Of a stretch of 64,000 bases of DNA, positions 49,543-61,600 are shown piece after piece. This DNA comes from Bilabrum cf. latius. Taxonomy: Eukaryota. Position 1 is the stretch's first letter. Each line of letters starts with the position of its first letter. Under the pieces are notes generated by a model. That model was not told the DNA's origin. It saw nothing but the letters and a program-made list of their open reading frames with translations, and searched no databases. The position numbers were made by a program, and so were the translations under genes. The DNA lies in the NCBI GenBank assembly GCA_965178125.1, contig OZ237755.1, positions 62,001-126,000 of the forward strand. Direction: 5' to 3'.

Positions 49543-52500
49543 ATGCATTCGTTGCATCAATAGGCTGCAGATCGCGTGCGCAAAGAGCTTTATCTCTTGC
49601 AGGGCAGGGTGAAGGAAGAGCGGTCAAAGCAACGAGCAGAAGAGCGCTCAAGTCTCGATACGAGGTTGCCAGCGAGCACACCCAGGACGCTGCAGCACCC
49701 AACACGACAAAAATCAGCACATGTTGTCTATCAACGATCGCCAGGAGTAGCTTTGCTCGCAGACCAGCTCGTATCTCCGTACCGCCCACCATCGAGGCCA
49801 CCAGCAAAGTAGCAAGGTCGTACAGAGAACAAAGCAGCAGTGCAACACGATGGAGCTTAGTCTATAGATTTTCGTAGTTCAATGCTCTTGTCCAAGACTT
49901 GGAAACCGCCATCGCTGCCTGCACTAGAGGTAGCGAGTGCCGGTACGCCATCACGGCGTACCGCTACAGCCTTCGTTCGCGCTCGCGCTCGAACGGCACC
50001 ATCGCCTAAGAAAACCAGGCATAGCATCGATTTAGCTGGAACATCACACAGGAGCAGCAACCCTGAACACAGTGAGCCAAACTCGCCTTCATGGCTTGTT
50101 CGCACCGTAGGGTCGGTTGCGAGGGTGGGGGTGGGGTCGCAAGAGGGGTCGCCACTGGCAGGCCGCGATGATCGCACGGGCGTGCTCGGCGATTCCATGG
50201 CTGCAATGCAGCACCGTGAACACGGCAAGGGCCTAGCCATGGGTGATCTCGAGGCGGAAGGGCACGATTCGGGCGGCAAAGCAGCAAGTGATGTCGGTGC
50301 TGCTCAGCAGCAATCGGCGCTGGCAGCCTCTGCTCTGCTGCGCCGAGCACTCCAGCAGAGCAGTCACTTGAACAGTGGCAGCACAGCAGACACATTGGTC
50401 GCGAATCGGTCCGTTGCTGCAGCTAGAGGCGAGAGCATCGCTTGGCGGTCAAGAACTGGCCACGGGCCCTCTGGCAGCTTGCCGCGCGCACGTGGTGCTT
50501 GGGCCAAGGATGTCGGCCAACTTGAAGCTGGGCCCGGAGTGTATGCCGATATCCTCGATGGGGCACCTATCAGCAAGTCTAGACGAGAAATCCAGCCAGC
50601 CGAGTCTTCTTATCTGCCATGGACGGACGCGTGGATAGGTGGGGGCACCATCCACGAGGAACGGGAACAGCAGGCGTCGTCGCTTGCTGCCCCAGGCCGA
50701 AGAGCTGGTGCGACCAGTCCGATCGAAGCCAGCAGGAGTTTCGAAGGTGCGCGATCGAAGATAGCCGCTGCTCCAAAGGCTGCGAGCCCAAGTCAACCAC
50801 TGGCAGGCAGCAAGCTTTGGAGGCGCGGAGGTAGCCCCAGGTCTCGAGCGGTGCAGTCAATGCAGGCACAGCCATCCACACCTAGTATAGGTCCTGTGGT
50901 GGAAGAAGGTATCGGTGATTCGAGAATCAGCAAAGCAGGAGCTGGTTACAGCACACCAAGCACGAGGGCTCGACAGGTAGCATCCGCTCCTGGCCACGAC
51001 TCTGCTGACGCGGCCGCATTGCCAAGCACGCCTCGAAGCGATGATTGCTCAGGTACATCCATTGAAAAGGATAGCGGGGGCGTATTCGCACTGACATCTC
51101 CGTCGGAGACCATGCTAAACAAGAGCAGTGATGCATCGCATGGCTCCATACGCGATGGCAAAACCAGCCACTTGGTCTTGCAACCTCACTCCATCCGGGT
51201 GCAGCACGGCGAACCCTCCTCCCCTTCGGCTGCCTCTGCTATTTCCAGCGATGCTCGGCGCAGCGTGCATTTCCTCGGTGATGATGCCGAGGATGGGCCT
51301 GGCGACTTGAGTGAGGCTCGGATGCCGAACGACCGGGTTGTTGGCAGTTACGACTTGCTGCGCGCCCCTGCTACCGGCCCGCCCTCGCCGCGCCACACTG
51401 CTTCATTTCTCGGGAGCCATCCGGGGCCTGTATTTGCTACAGTGGCATCTCAGCCTCGGCGCCAGAGCGTGATGGAGACAGACGCGGTGGGCCACACGGC
51501 CACAGTGGCATCTCAGCCTCGGCGCCGGAGCGTGATGGAGACAGACGCGGTGGGCCACACGGCCACAGTGGCATCTCAGCCTCGGCGCCGGAGCGTGATG
51601 GAGACAGACGCGGTGGGCCACACGGCCACAGTGGCATCTCAGCCTCGGCGCCGGAGCGTGATGGAGACAGACGCGGTGGGCCACACGGCCACAGTGGCAT
51701 CTCAGCCTCGGCGCCGGAGCGTGATGGAGACAGACGTGGTGGGCCACACGGCCACAGTGGCATCTCAGCCTCGGCGCCGGAGCGTGATGGAGACAGACGC
51801 GGTGGGCCACACGGCCACAGTGGCATCTCAGCCTCGGCGCCGGAGCGTGATGGAGACAGACGCGGTGGGCCACACGGCCACAGTGGCATCTCAGCCTCGG
51901 CGCCGGAGCGTGATGGAGACAGACGCGGTGGGCCACACGGCCACAGTGGCATCTCAGCCTCGGCGCCGGAGCGTGATGGAGACAGACGCGGTGGGCCACA
52001 CGGCCACAGTGGCATCTCAGCCTCGGCGCCGGAGCGTGATGGAGACAGACGCGGTGGGCCACACGGCCACAGTGGCATCTCAGCCTCGGCGCCGGAGCGT
52101 GATGGAGACAGACGCGGTGGGCCACACGGCCACAGTGGCATCTCAGCCTCGGCGCCGGAGCGTGATGGAGACAGACGCGGTGGGCCACACGGCCACAGTG
52201 GCATCTCAGCCTCGGCGCCGGAGCGTGATGGAGACAGACGCGGTGGGCCACACGGCCACAGTGGCATCTCAGCCTCGGCGCCGGAGCGTGATGGAGACAG
52301 ACGCGGTGGGCCACACGGCCACAGTGGCATCTCAGCCTCGGCGCCGGAGCGTGATGGAGACAGACGCGGTGGGCCACACGGCCACAGTGGCATCTCAGCC
52401 TCGGCGCCGGAGCGTGATGGAGACAGACGCGGTGGGCCACACGGCCACAGTGGCATCTCAGCCTCGGCGCCGGAGCGTGATGGAGACAGACGCGGTGGGC

Positions 52501-55446
52501 CACACGGCCACAGTGGCATCTCAGCCTCGGCGCCGGAGCGTGATGGAGACAGACGCGGTGGGCCACACGGCCACAGTGGCATCTCAGCCTCGGCGCCGGA
52601 GCGTGATGGAGACAGACGCGGTGGGCCACACGGCCACAGTGGCATCTCAGCCTCGGCGCCGGAGCGTGATGGAGATGGACCTGCAGGCCACGTCCGTGAC
52701 ATCGCCAAAGAGACGACGAATCACCCATGCTTGGACCAGCACTTGCACCAGCGTGGCAGTGGTGCCTCCTGGACCCATGACTCTGCAAATCACAAAGGTG
52801 TTGAGGAGACCATTGGTGGGTACACCCACTGGGAACCCTGCCATAGACTCTATCGCTTTGTCCGAGTCAAGCGGAGACTCGGAGCGAGACGACTTTGACG
52901 ATGGGGGACCGTTTGCATCGCATGCCTGGCGTTAGCACCAGCCCTAGCGGTCTCCAGATAGCGCGGACGATGGAGGCAGCCATGGTCGGCGCACACCGGA
53001 TAGTCTGCTTGGCATGCCCATGTCTCGAACTTGGGCTAATCCGCTACATGCAGAGGTGCTTGGCGATGCGTGTGCATCCGTGAGGGGTCGCGAGGGGAAT
53101 GACGAGGACGTGTCTCGACTGCGGGCCATGCTTGCTTCCGCAGTCGCCCAACACGAGACGCTCCGAAGAGGCATGTAGTCGCGCTTCAAGTCACTGTAGG
53201 AGCAGTTGCACTAGTCTACATAGCGCGCATCTGCTTTGTAGCACGAGAATGACCGGTTGCGAGCCGAGATGTCCTCTATGTCAATTAGGCACGGACATCA
53301 GCTGCAAGCACTAGTTCCTCCACCGCCGCCTACCTTGTCGCAAGATGGGTGGGTCGGTACTGCGTGCATACCCTCAGCGGTTTTAAAGCCGCGCAGAGCC
53401 ACCTGGTCAGTCCAGGTGCCTCCCGCGTGCATGTGCTCGAGGCAAGCTTCTTCTTCGGTGAGCAAGCGAGAGAGGGCCACGCCACCCCGCGGGCGTGTGG
53501 GGTAGCGCGACCGCCAGGGACCGGGGTCTAGCTACCTGCAAGTGCTGGACACAGCTGGTGCTTCGATCAGAAGCACGAAAAGATCACAACCATTGAAGAC
53601 AAGCGGGGACGTGACTAGAAGTAGGAGCAGAAGCCAAGATAGAGATGCCAGCAGGCACAGGGATTGGTCTGCTCATGTGAGCAACTGGACTGGCACACTT
53701 GTTCGCCGAATGGCAACTGTATCTCGTGCGCCGCAGATGGTGTGGACTGCAGATCACGAGAATATTGTGATCGCGGCCATCGAGGCAGAGCAGGCGGGGC
53801 CTCACCGCAGGCCTCGCCTATCCCTCGTACCTGCTGCCACGGCGACATCGGTACTCAGCAGTACTGCTCATGCTTGGCCGGCCGCTGCCAGACAAGCAGT
53901 GAGCCTCGCGCGAACGGCTTGCATCGGGATGCGCCGGGAGCTGGCAGACCTGAAACGATCTTGTCAATAGCTCGGGGTTGGCCCAGTGCGAGCCACTGTT
54001 GCTGCTGCCGCGTATAAGCACAACGAACGCATTCTCCGGCAAGGCATGGCGGCGGGCATCAAGGCAGAGATTTCGAAGCGAGACGAGCACGTAAGGGTTG
54101 CTACAGAAGCGCTTTAGACCAGGTATGAGAGAAAGATCCAGCAGCTTCAGGATGCAGTGCACCGCATGCTGCCAGTGGTTCAAAGTACTGTTGCAGGCAA
54201 AACCGCCGTGGGAGGCGGCAGATCGCCTTCGGCCGGTGCACTGCCAACTCAGGTTGCGTCGCCCCAGGGGCATGGACCACAGCAAGAGCCTAAGCGCTTA
54301 CCCTTTGTTTCGTCCGGACATCTCGCAACCACCGCCACCAGCCATGGATAGGTTGGCGACAGGTCACGCAGCAGCAGCAGCAGGACGGACGGGTCACGGG
54401 GTCTGGCTGATGGGCCACAAGGCAGGATATATGAATCACAGGACATGGGGCGACCAAAACTGGATTTGGCCGGTCAGCGGAATAGCATACGGCAAATGGA
54501 CACATCCTATCATGCGAGTACCACGCCGAGCGCCAGTGGTCCAACTAGGCAAGAAGAAGGCAAGGATGAGCTCGCAGAGAACCGATAGGGCGACGTTGTG
54601 CAGTCAACAGGGTTCCAAGGGCAGAGGCACGGGCCATCTAGAGAGACAGGCAGGCCACACGTGGTCCATAGGTCTAGTCAGGAGGCGCATCGCGATGCAG
54701 GGCTCCACGATCACGATGTCTGGACACCGCCCAAGTCCACTCAAGCGATCGCCCCCGGGGGTAATACCGGCACTCACCATGGCACCTACCTGCATAGTGA
54801 CCCCACCCCTGATCCGGCACGCCCTGTCTCGCACCTGTCACCCACGATAGGTCGCACCACAGCAGCACATGCCAGTGGTATGGACAGGGGCAGCAGCCGG
54901 GGTTTTCGCTTGCTGTCTCCGCGCTTGGTTGCTGGGGGCGCCCGCGGGTCGAGGCAGGGCAGCGCGGCTATCCGTCGGGTGGACGAGGCTCTCGCAGCTG
55001 CACGGGCCCGGATTGCCCAGCAGAGGGGCAGGCCAGAGCACGAGCATGGGCATGGGCATGGGCATGGGCAGGAGGGAGCTCTTGCTGGTGGAGAGGGCCG
55101 GGAGGGGGAAGGTTTGTAGTGGTAGTCACAGCGGGGGATAGTGGCTAGCAGAGATGTAGACGGCTCGTTTGAGGTGGACCTGACTCGGGTGGATGGCAGT
55201 AACAGAGATGGCGCGCTTGGGTCCAGTGCGAGGTAGGGTCGAGATAGTGGTGCGGGTCGGGAGCCACTTGGAAGCTCGCTCAAGTTACGACTCGGGGACT
55301 CATTGCACACTTTGGGAGCCAGTAGATCCATGTCCAGCGAGGCTGGCACTGGCGCCGCGCTGCGACCAAGCCAGCTCCGAGGCGGTCGAGCCAGTGATCG
55401 AGGAGGCGAGCAACCGATCATAAAATTGCGGGTTAGACTGCGTTGA
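49543..55446 (+). CDS. Large (~1970 aa) low-complexity and coiled-coil protein with a 21-aa tandem repeat; unknown function
   Basis: ORFs 49576, 49882, 53257, 53542, 54157 and 54598 all share one frame, joined by about 18 TAGs, and end in TGA at 55444. Coiled coils near 53110-53280 and 54000-54170. Confidence 0.7.
51439..52675 (+). repeat. 63-bp coding minisatellite, about 19.6 nearly identical copies (TVASQPRRRSVMETDAVGHTA)
   Basis: Unit acagtggcatctcagcctcggcgccggagcgtgatggagacagacgcggtgggccacacggcc recurs every 63 nt from 51439 to 52636. Confidence 0.97.
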
Positions 55447-55635
55447 TGTTCTTAAAATATCAAATATGAATATTTGTGCTGCGCATGGTGTTTACAGCCA
55501 GCTGCGGTCGCCCAGCCGCAACTTGAAGCAGAGTCCGGCCAGCCAGTTGCGACCGCAGCGCAACGGATCGAATGCGACACAACCATCTGCACACTGGTAC
55601 GAGCAGCAAAACGCCTGCTCTTGCTCCCGTTCTCC

Positions 55636-58600
55636 ATGAAAAGAGGGAGTAAATCCACGAGAAGGCGTCAGTAGGCTGGTCGCAAATTAGAACGACTGCT
55701 GTTGCAAGGGCCTGGGGCTGCAGCAGCTAGCGATGCCGGCCTCGGACGGGTGTCAAGCGCAGCCAGACAGCGAGCGGTGGACAGTATTGTATAGGACACA
55801 TTGGGAAAAGATTTTTCATAGAGTGTGCCAGTCTTACCCGCAGCTTCGCATGATCACGCTGGCAGCGACCATTCTATGGCGCGCACAACAGCGGCGGCAT
55901 CCCGGCAGCCGGCCCAACAGCGAGCCTGGGAAAACGATCCCCAGCTCGGACAGACTACTACCAGACATCCCATTGCTGGAAAGCCGCTGTTGCCTCCAGG
56001 GGGCGGCGGTGGCCAGCAGTCTGACATTGAAAGGCTCATCGCAAGCGAGGGGAAGTCCAGCTGGCACGGTTCACCAGTGAGTACGCCATCGCAAGACGAA
56101 ACTCCAAGGCACAGACAGTTTGGATCGGAAAGTTCGTTGGCGACGCCGCACGCTCGAAGGGGGGGATACAACCCACAGTCATTTGCAAAGCAACCGCGGG
56201 TGGCGAGTGCGGCTGAGTCTCGCTCGGTGCCAATGGGTGACGGCAGCCAATGGCAGGCATCTGCCAGCAATCCGCAGCACCGCGCGACTACAGGGATTGG
56301 AGCCAGTCGATCTCAAGTGTAGCCTGCCTCTTCATCCGCACGAGACCCGCGCGACGTGTTGGATGCCGGCCGCCCCGCCCCCGAGGCCGAGCAGATGCGC
56401 CGGGCCCGTCAGGCCCGCGACAGCCGCCAGCGAAGGTCTTATTTCTCCGCAGGGTCAGCGGGAGGCTCGATAGCCCCGGGCACGGTGGATCTCACAGAGA
56501 GCGACAGCGACAGGGACAGAGAGGGCCTGGGGCGGTATGAGGACCATCTGGCGAGGACAGGGGCCCGGCGCACCTTCGAGCAAAAGAGGATAGAGAGGGA
56601 GAGGGAGAGGGAGAGTGCGGGGCCCATGGCCGTGCACTCGAGAGAATCGCACGGAAGCGGGTATCTGGGCGGACCGAGCGGACTCTTCTCGCACCCACTG
56701 CCCAGCGAAGGCAGCTTCGCATCGCAGACTAGCGCGAGCAGCGCCCGCGGCACGGCCCTACCGGCCAGCAGCGGCGCCTCGACCTCGTACGGCAGCGCCT
56801 TCGTGAACGAGGACAGGGATCTCTTTGCCCCTGCATCGGACTTCATGGCAGCGACGTTCGACCCCCGCACAGCCCTGGCACAGGCCAACAAAGCTGCCCG
56901 CAGGCAGCACCGCGCGGCCGCGTCGCTTCGGGACCGCGTGCAGAAACTCACCAAGGCGCTTCACGACGCGCGGGCAGAGAGAGACGTGCAGAGGGAGGAA
57001 GCAGAGGATGCGAGACTGCAGCTCGGGGCCGCCCGGGCACAGCTGGAGGCCACGGAGACCAAGCTGGAGGAATCCAACGAGCAGCGGCAGCAGCTGCAGC
57101 TGGAGAACGGCGAGCTAGCACAGTCGGGCCAGGGCCATGGCCAGGGGCATGGCCTGGCAGAGAGCAAGGGCAGGGACAGTCCTTCCAGCCCCAGTCGGCT
57201 GCAGAGGGCGGGCTCCCGCTCGCTGCTGCTCCTGTCGCATGGCCCATCACTGGGCAGCAGCAGCAGCAGCCTCCTCCAGCGATCCGCCGCCCCCCGCAGC
57301 ACCGTGGGCCGCAAGCCCCGTGCCCTTGAGCAGGGCTCGGCTCTGCTGATGGCGCCTTCCTCCCCGGGCGGGCCCAGCCCCATGGTGTCCACCAGAGAGG
57401 TCGAGGATCGCCTCCGCAAGCAGCTCATCGAAGCCAGGAAGGCGGCCTCGCAGGCGGCCAAGGCGGCCTCCAAGGCCAAGGTGGATGCCGCCAGGGACAG
57501 GATCGCGGCGCAGGAGGCGGTTCGCCAGCGCCGTATTGCCAATGACGAGCTGGCCGTGACTCGGCGCGAGCTGAAGCGGGTGCAGATAGCAGCGAGGGCC
57601 AACACCGACGGAGAGGACGCCGCCAGGCTGCAGGCCAAACGGCTCGCGGCCGCCGTACGGGCCATGGCGGGCTCCGTTGCGTCGTGGGCAGCAGAAGCTG
57701 CGGCACGGGCAGAGGCGCGCGTGTGGCGACTGGCGGCGGCTAGCGCGCTGCAGCTGGGGCCCGGGACCGGAAGGGGGCGGGAGGGGCCAAGCGCGGGCCT
57801 GGAAGCGGGCCACCTGGCCGCTGCCGCCGTGTCCGGCACAATGAAAGGCGCGTTAGCACTGCCAGCGGCAGGTGCAGGCGCCGGTGAGGTGCCCTCCTCA
57901 CACCCCCTGCAGGTGGTGTCCCAGTCGGGTGAGGGTCTGGCGGCAGATGCGGCCCCTCGTCCTCCCACTCCGCAACCGCTGAGTAGCGCAGATGCGGCAG
58001 CGCTGGAGGCAGGCTCCCAGGACCGCAGCGGCCCCGCCCAGCGCGCCTTGAGCGACGCTCTAGAGGCACAGGGAGGCATCGCGGCCCAGGCTATGCAGGC
58101 CGCGGGCGAGTCGCCCTCTGCCGGGATCACGCTGCTGGAGGCTGAGCTGAGAGCGCTGCAGGCAGGGCAAGCGGGTCCGGGCGGGGCCGGCGTGCCGTTG
58201 GCCGACAAGGCGGCGCGTCTGGCGGCAGCCGCGGGAGAGACTGGGCAGTCCCTGTCCATGCAGCCGGATGACGGCAAGCATGCACCCGAAGAGCATGGGA
58301 ACGGTTCGCCGGGCAGGTCTCCATCTGGGGGTGGTGGTAGCAGGAGAGGGCGGGGGTCGCCAAGTCGGCATGGGCAGGGCGACGCCTGGGGCACCGGGCC
58401 TGAAGACGAGGCGCAGCGAGTTCTCTCCGAGTCCCGGGCGCAGCGCATGCTGGCGGATGCAGCGCACGAGCGTGCCAAGGCCGCAGCCACCATGTCGCAG
58501 CTTTCTTCGCTGCAGCAGTCCGCCTCGGCAGCGGCCGCATTCCGCGACGCGCTCGTGGTGCTCGCCTGGGACTCCCGGGGCTGGGAGGCAGGATACGAGG

Positions 58601-61600
58601 CCGAGAAGCGCGCAGCAGCGCAAGGGCGGCGGCGGATCAAGGAGCTGGAGGCGCTGCTGGCCGAGTCGCAGGAGCGGGAGCGCAGGCGCGCGGGCGGCAT
58701 GATGCAGGCGGAGGGGAAGGCCGACCTGCTGCAGGCCCAGCGAGAGGGACTCGCGAGGGGCCTGGCCACCACGCTGGCGGAGGCGCTGCAGAATGGGGGC
58801 AGCGGCGAGCAGAAGCGCAAGAAGAAGAAACTGAGGCGCGAGCGGAGGCGCGGGTCTGTTAGCAATTACGACTCGGCGTTCTGTCTGGCTGGCGGGGCGC
58901 TGGGCCGCGCGCACAATCTGCTAGTAGGTCTGTGGCACGCGTGCGTTGGCATGTGCCGCACGGCGGTAGGGACGTCCTCGGTGGCTCGCATGGAGACGCC
59001 CGGGGCGGGACAGCGGGCCGCTGATCTGGTGCTGGAGCGGGGGGCCGCAGTGGTCCCTGATCTTCGGAAAAGCGCACACGGTGGTGGGGGGCCGCTGGGA
59101 CGGGCTGAGATCCCGCCCGAGGAGCTGGGCGTGCTGGCAGGCGGGACAGAGAGGCAGGCCGGGCTATGGGCGGCGGACGTGGCCCTGCGATCGATGGTGT
59201 CTCTGTGGGAGGCGGCGGATGCGGCTGTCCGGGCGCGGGCCGGTCTGGGAGTGGGGGCGAGCGGTCGGCTCGGCGGTAAATCCGAGGACCTGGCGGCTCG
59301 GCTGGGGATGGCCATCGATGCAGCGACGGGGCGCGTCAGGCGTGCGCTACTGGCTGGATCCATTCCTCGGCTGCAGGGGAGAGGGGGCCGCGGGCAGGAC
59401 GAGCAAACAGGCGAAACTGTTTCCGAGGGGGCTGCCGGGGACTACAGCGACGCGGTCCCTGTACCACCGGTCGGTCCCATCGACCTCGGCGCGTGGCTCG
59501 GCTGGGCGGGCGATCTGGGGGCGGAAGATCTGGCTGAGCTGTCCGCGGGTATCACCAAGCAAGCAGAGATGGAGACTTCTCGACAAGTCGGTCGCCAGAG
59601 CTCTCATGGCGACCGCCCCGTGCAACAACCCGGCACAGTAGTTGATGCAGGTGATGCGGGCGGGAGTAGCTCAGCAGGTGATGATCTGCGGGACGAGGTG
59701 GGGCTGCGCGCCAGCCTGGACGACTCATCCTCGGTGGCCTCCTCCCTGCCCGACTCTCGATTGCTGAGAATAGGCATGCCGAGGAGCAATAGCCCCGTGG
59801 GGCGGGAGGCGGGGCCAGGGACGGGGCACAGAGATCGCCTGGTGTCCGATCTGTCCGACGGCGGCATGGCATCCGCGTCCTTCGCACCCCCGCACATGGC
59901 TGGTCGCACGGGTGAGGCACTGCACACCAGGATGCCGGCACCCTCCCCTGCCCTGGGCGGGAGGCGCGGATACTCCATCGATGGGTCGGACGAGGCCTCC
60001 TCTTTCCTTGACAACAGAGAGGGCCACCAGGCAGGCAGCTCGCCGATGAGCGTGCCTTCCGACCGCCTGCAGGAAAGGGGCGACGATGAAGCACAAGGCG
60101 CGTCCCGCACTCCGAATCGAGGAGCCAGCGCTGCGAACAGTGGGTCGGGAGGACGGCCGGGCACTGCAGCCAGCCACAAAGAGGGCAGGCGATCGAGCGG
60201 CAGGCTCCATCATCCGGGGTCTGTGTCCAGGCTGGGCCGCAGCAACTCGGCCCTTGCCCTCGCGGCTGGACTCACGGGCACCGGTGCAGCGGCGAGAGCG
60301 CCAGCGGCATCCTCCCCCCTGGCAGGCCCATCCAGAGTCGCGGGCGAGTCAAACATCACGTCGAGCAGTTTCCTTGAGCCGGGACTGGGCCTGGATGGGG
60401 AGGGGCAAGGGCATGGCAATCGGGCTGGTGTGGCTGCCCCGACATCCGCCAGTTCGGCCGACGGTGATGTGTTCCAACTGCCTACAGTAGATCCGCAGGC
60501 CAGTGGCAACGGCGATCGCGTTGCACCGCTGGAGGTGCTTCTGGAACGCGCCGCCAATCGACCCGAGGACGAGAAGGCGGATCTGTTGCTCATGGGCGAG
60601 CTGGACGGGGTGCCTGCGGCGCTGCAGTCGAGTGCCGGTGGGATTCCAGGGTCGCCCATGCGCGCTTCCGATGGGAGCATCCATGGGAACAGAGTGCCCT
60701 TCCGTGAAGGGGGCGTGGGCAGTGACCCCAAAACAAGAGGGGATGCCCTCCTTGGCTCCATTAAGAAGTTCGTTGATGGTGGTGGCACCACGGGGGCTCA
60801 GGTGCAGGCTGGCATTCGCAAGAAGGCAGAGGAGCAGGCCAGGAGGAAAGAGGCAGCGGAGGAGTAGCTGAGGCAGCAAGGCATCGGGGTGATGCAGCCA
60901 GCCAAGCAGCCAGACGTGCGGGGGGGGCAACGGCAACAGAAGCAAATGCAGAAGCTGCAGAACGAAGCTGCCACAGTGCAGCCGCGCACTCGCTAGCTGT
61001 CTGCACCGCCCGCGGGACTGTCTCAGGAGCACCAGCAAGATGCGGGGCTGGCCGTCGACAGCGAAGAAGCGCGGCCCAGGAGAGGGGGCGGGCGCAGAGG
61101 GAACAAAAAGGGCCGCAGGGGGCGCCGGGCCTCGAGGGCCTCGGAGCTCGCAGACCTAGCGCGGGAGGCAGCGGGTGAAGGGCCGCCTGGGGAGGAGGAG
61201 GGGGGCTCTGGTAGGTCCCATCGGCGCAGCACGGGGAGCGGCAGTGAGGAGGAGAGCGAGAGTCCGGCTGCAACGCGACGCAAAGCGGCGGCACAGCGGC
61301 GCGAGCAGCGGCGGCTGACGATGATGCAGGTGGCTGTGGCTGAGGGCCTCATGTCAGCGGCACAGACAAGCGGTTTCGAGCAGGTAATGCAGGAGCAGCT
61401 GCAGCAGGTCGGGCTGCTGGCAATCAAGCGAGGGACCAACGGCGGCAATCAAGGCGGCACGCTGGGCAGAGGCGGCGTGTTTGACGGCCACGAGGACGAA
61501 GAAGACGCAGTGGAGTACACGGTGCCTGCAGGCGCCGGTCCCTCCCATGCCAGCCAGCTGTTTGCCACTGTGAGCGCGATCTTACTGCGGCTGCGGCGGA

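Noticed and set aside
51403-52788. Minus-strand Cys/His-rich repeat ORFs
   Set aside because: Stop-free by-products of the 63-bp repeat; only the plus frame continues into flanking coding sequence.
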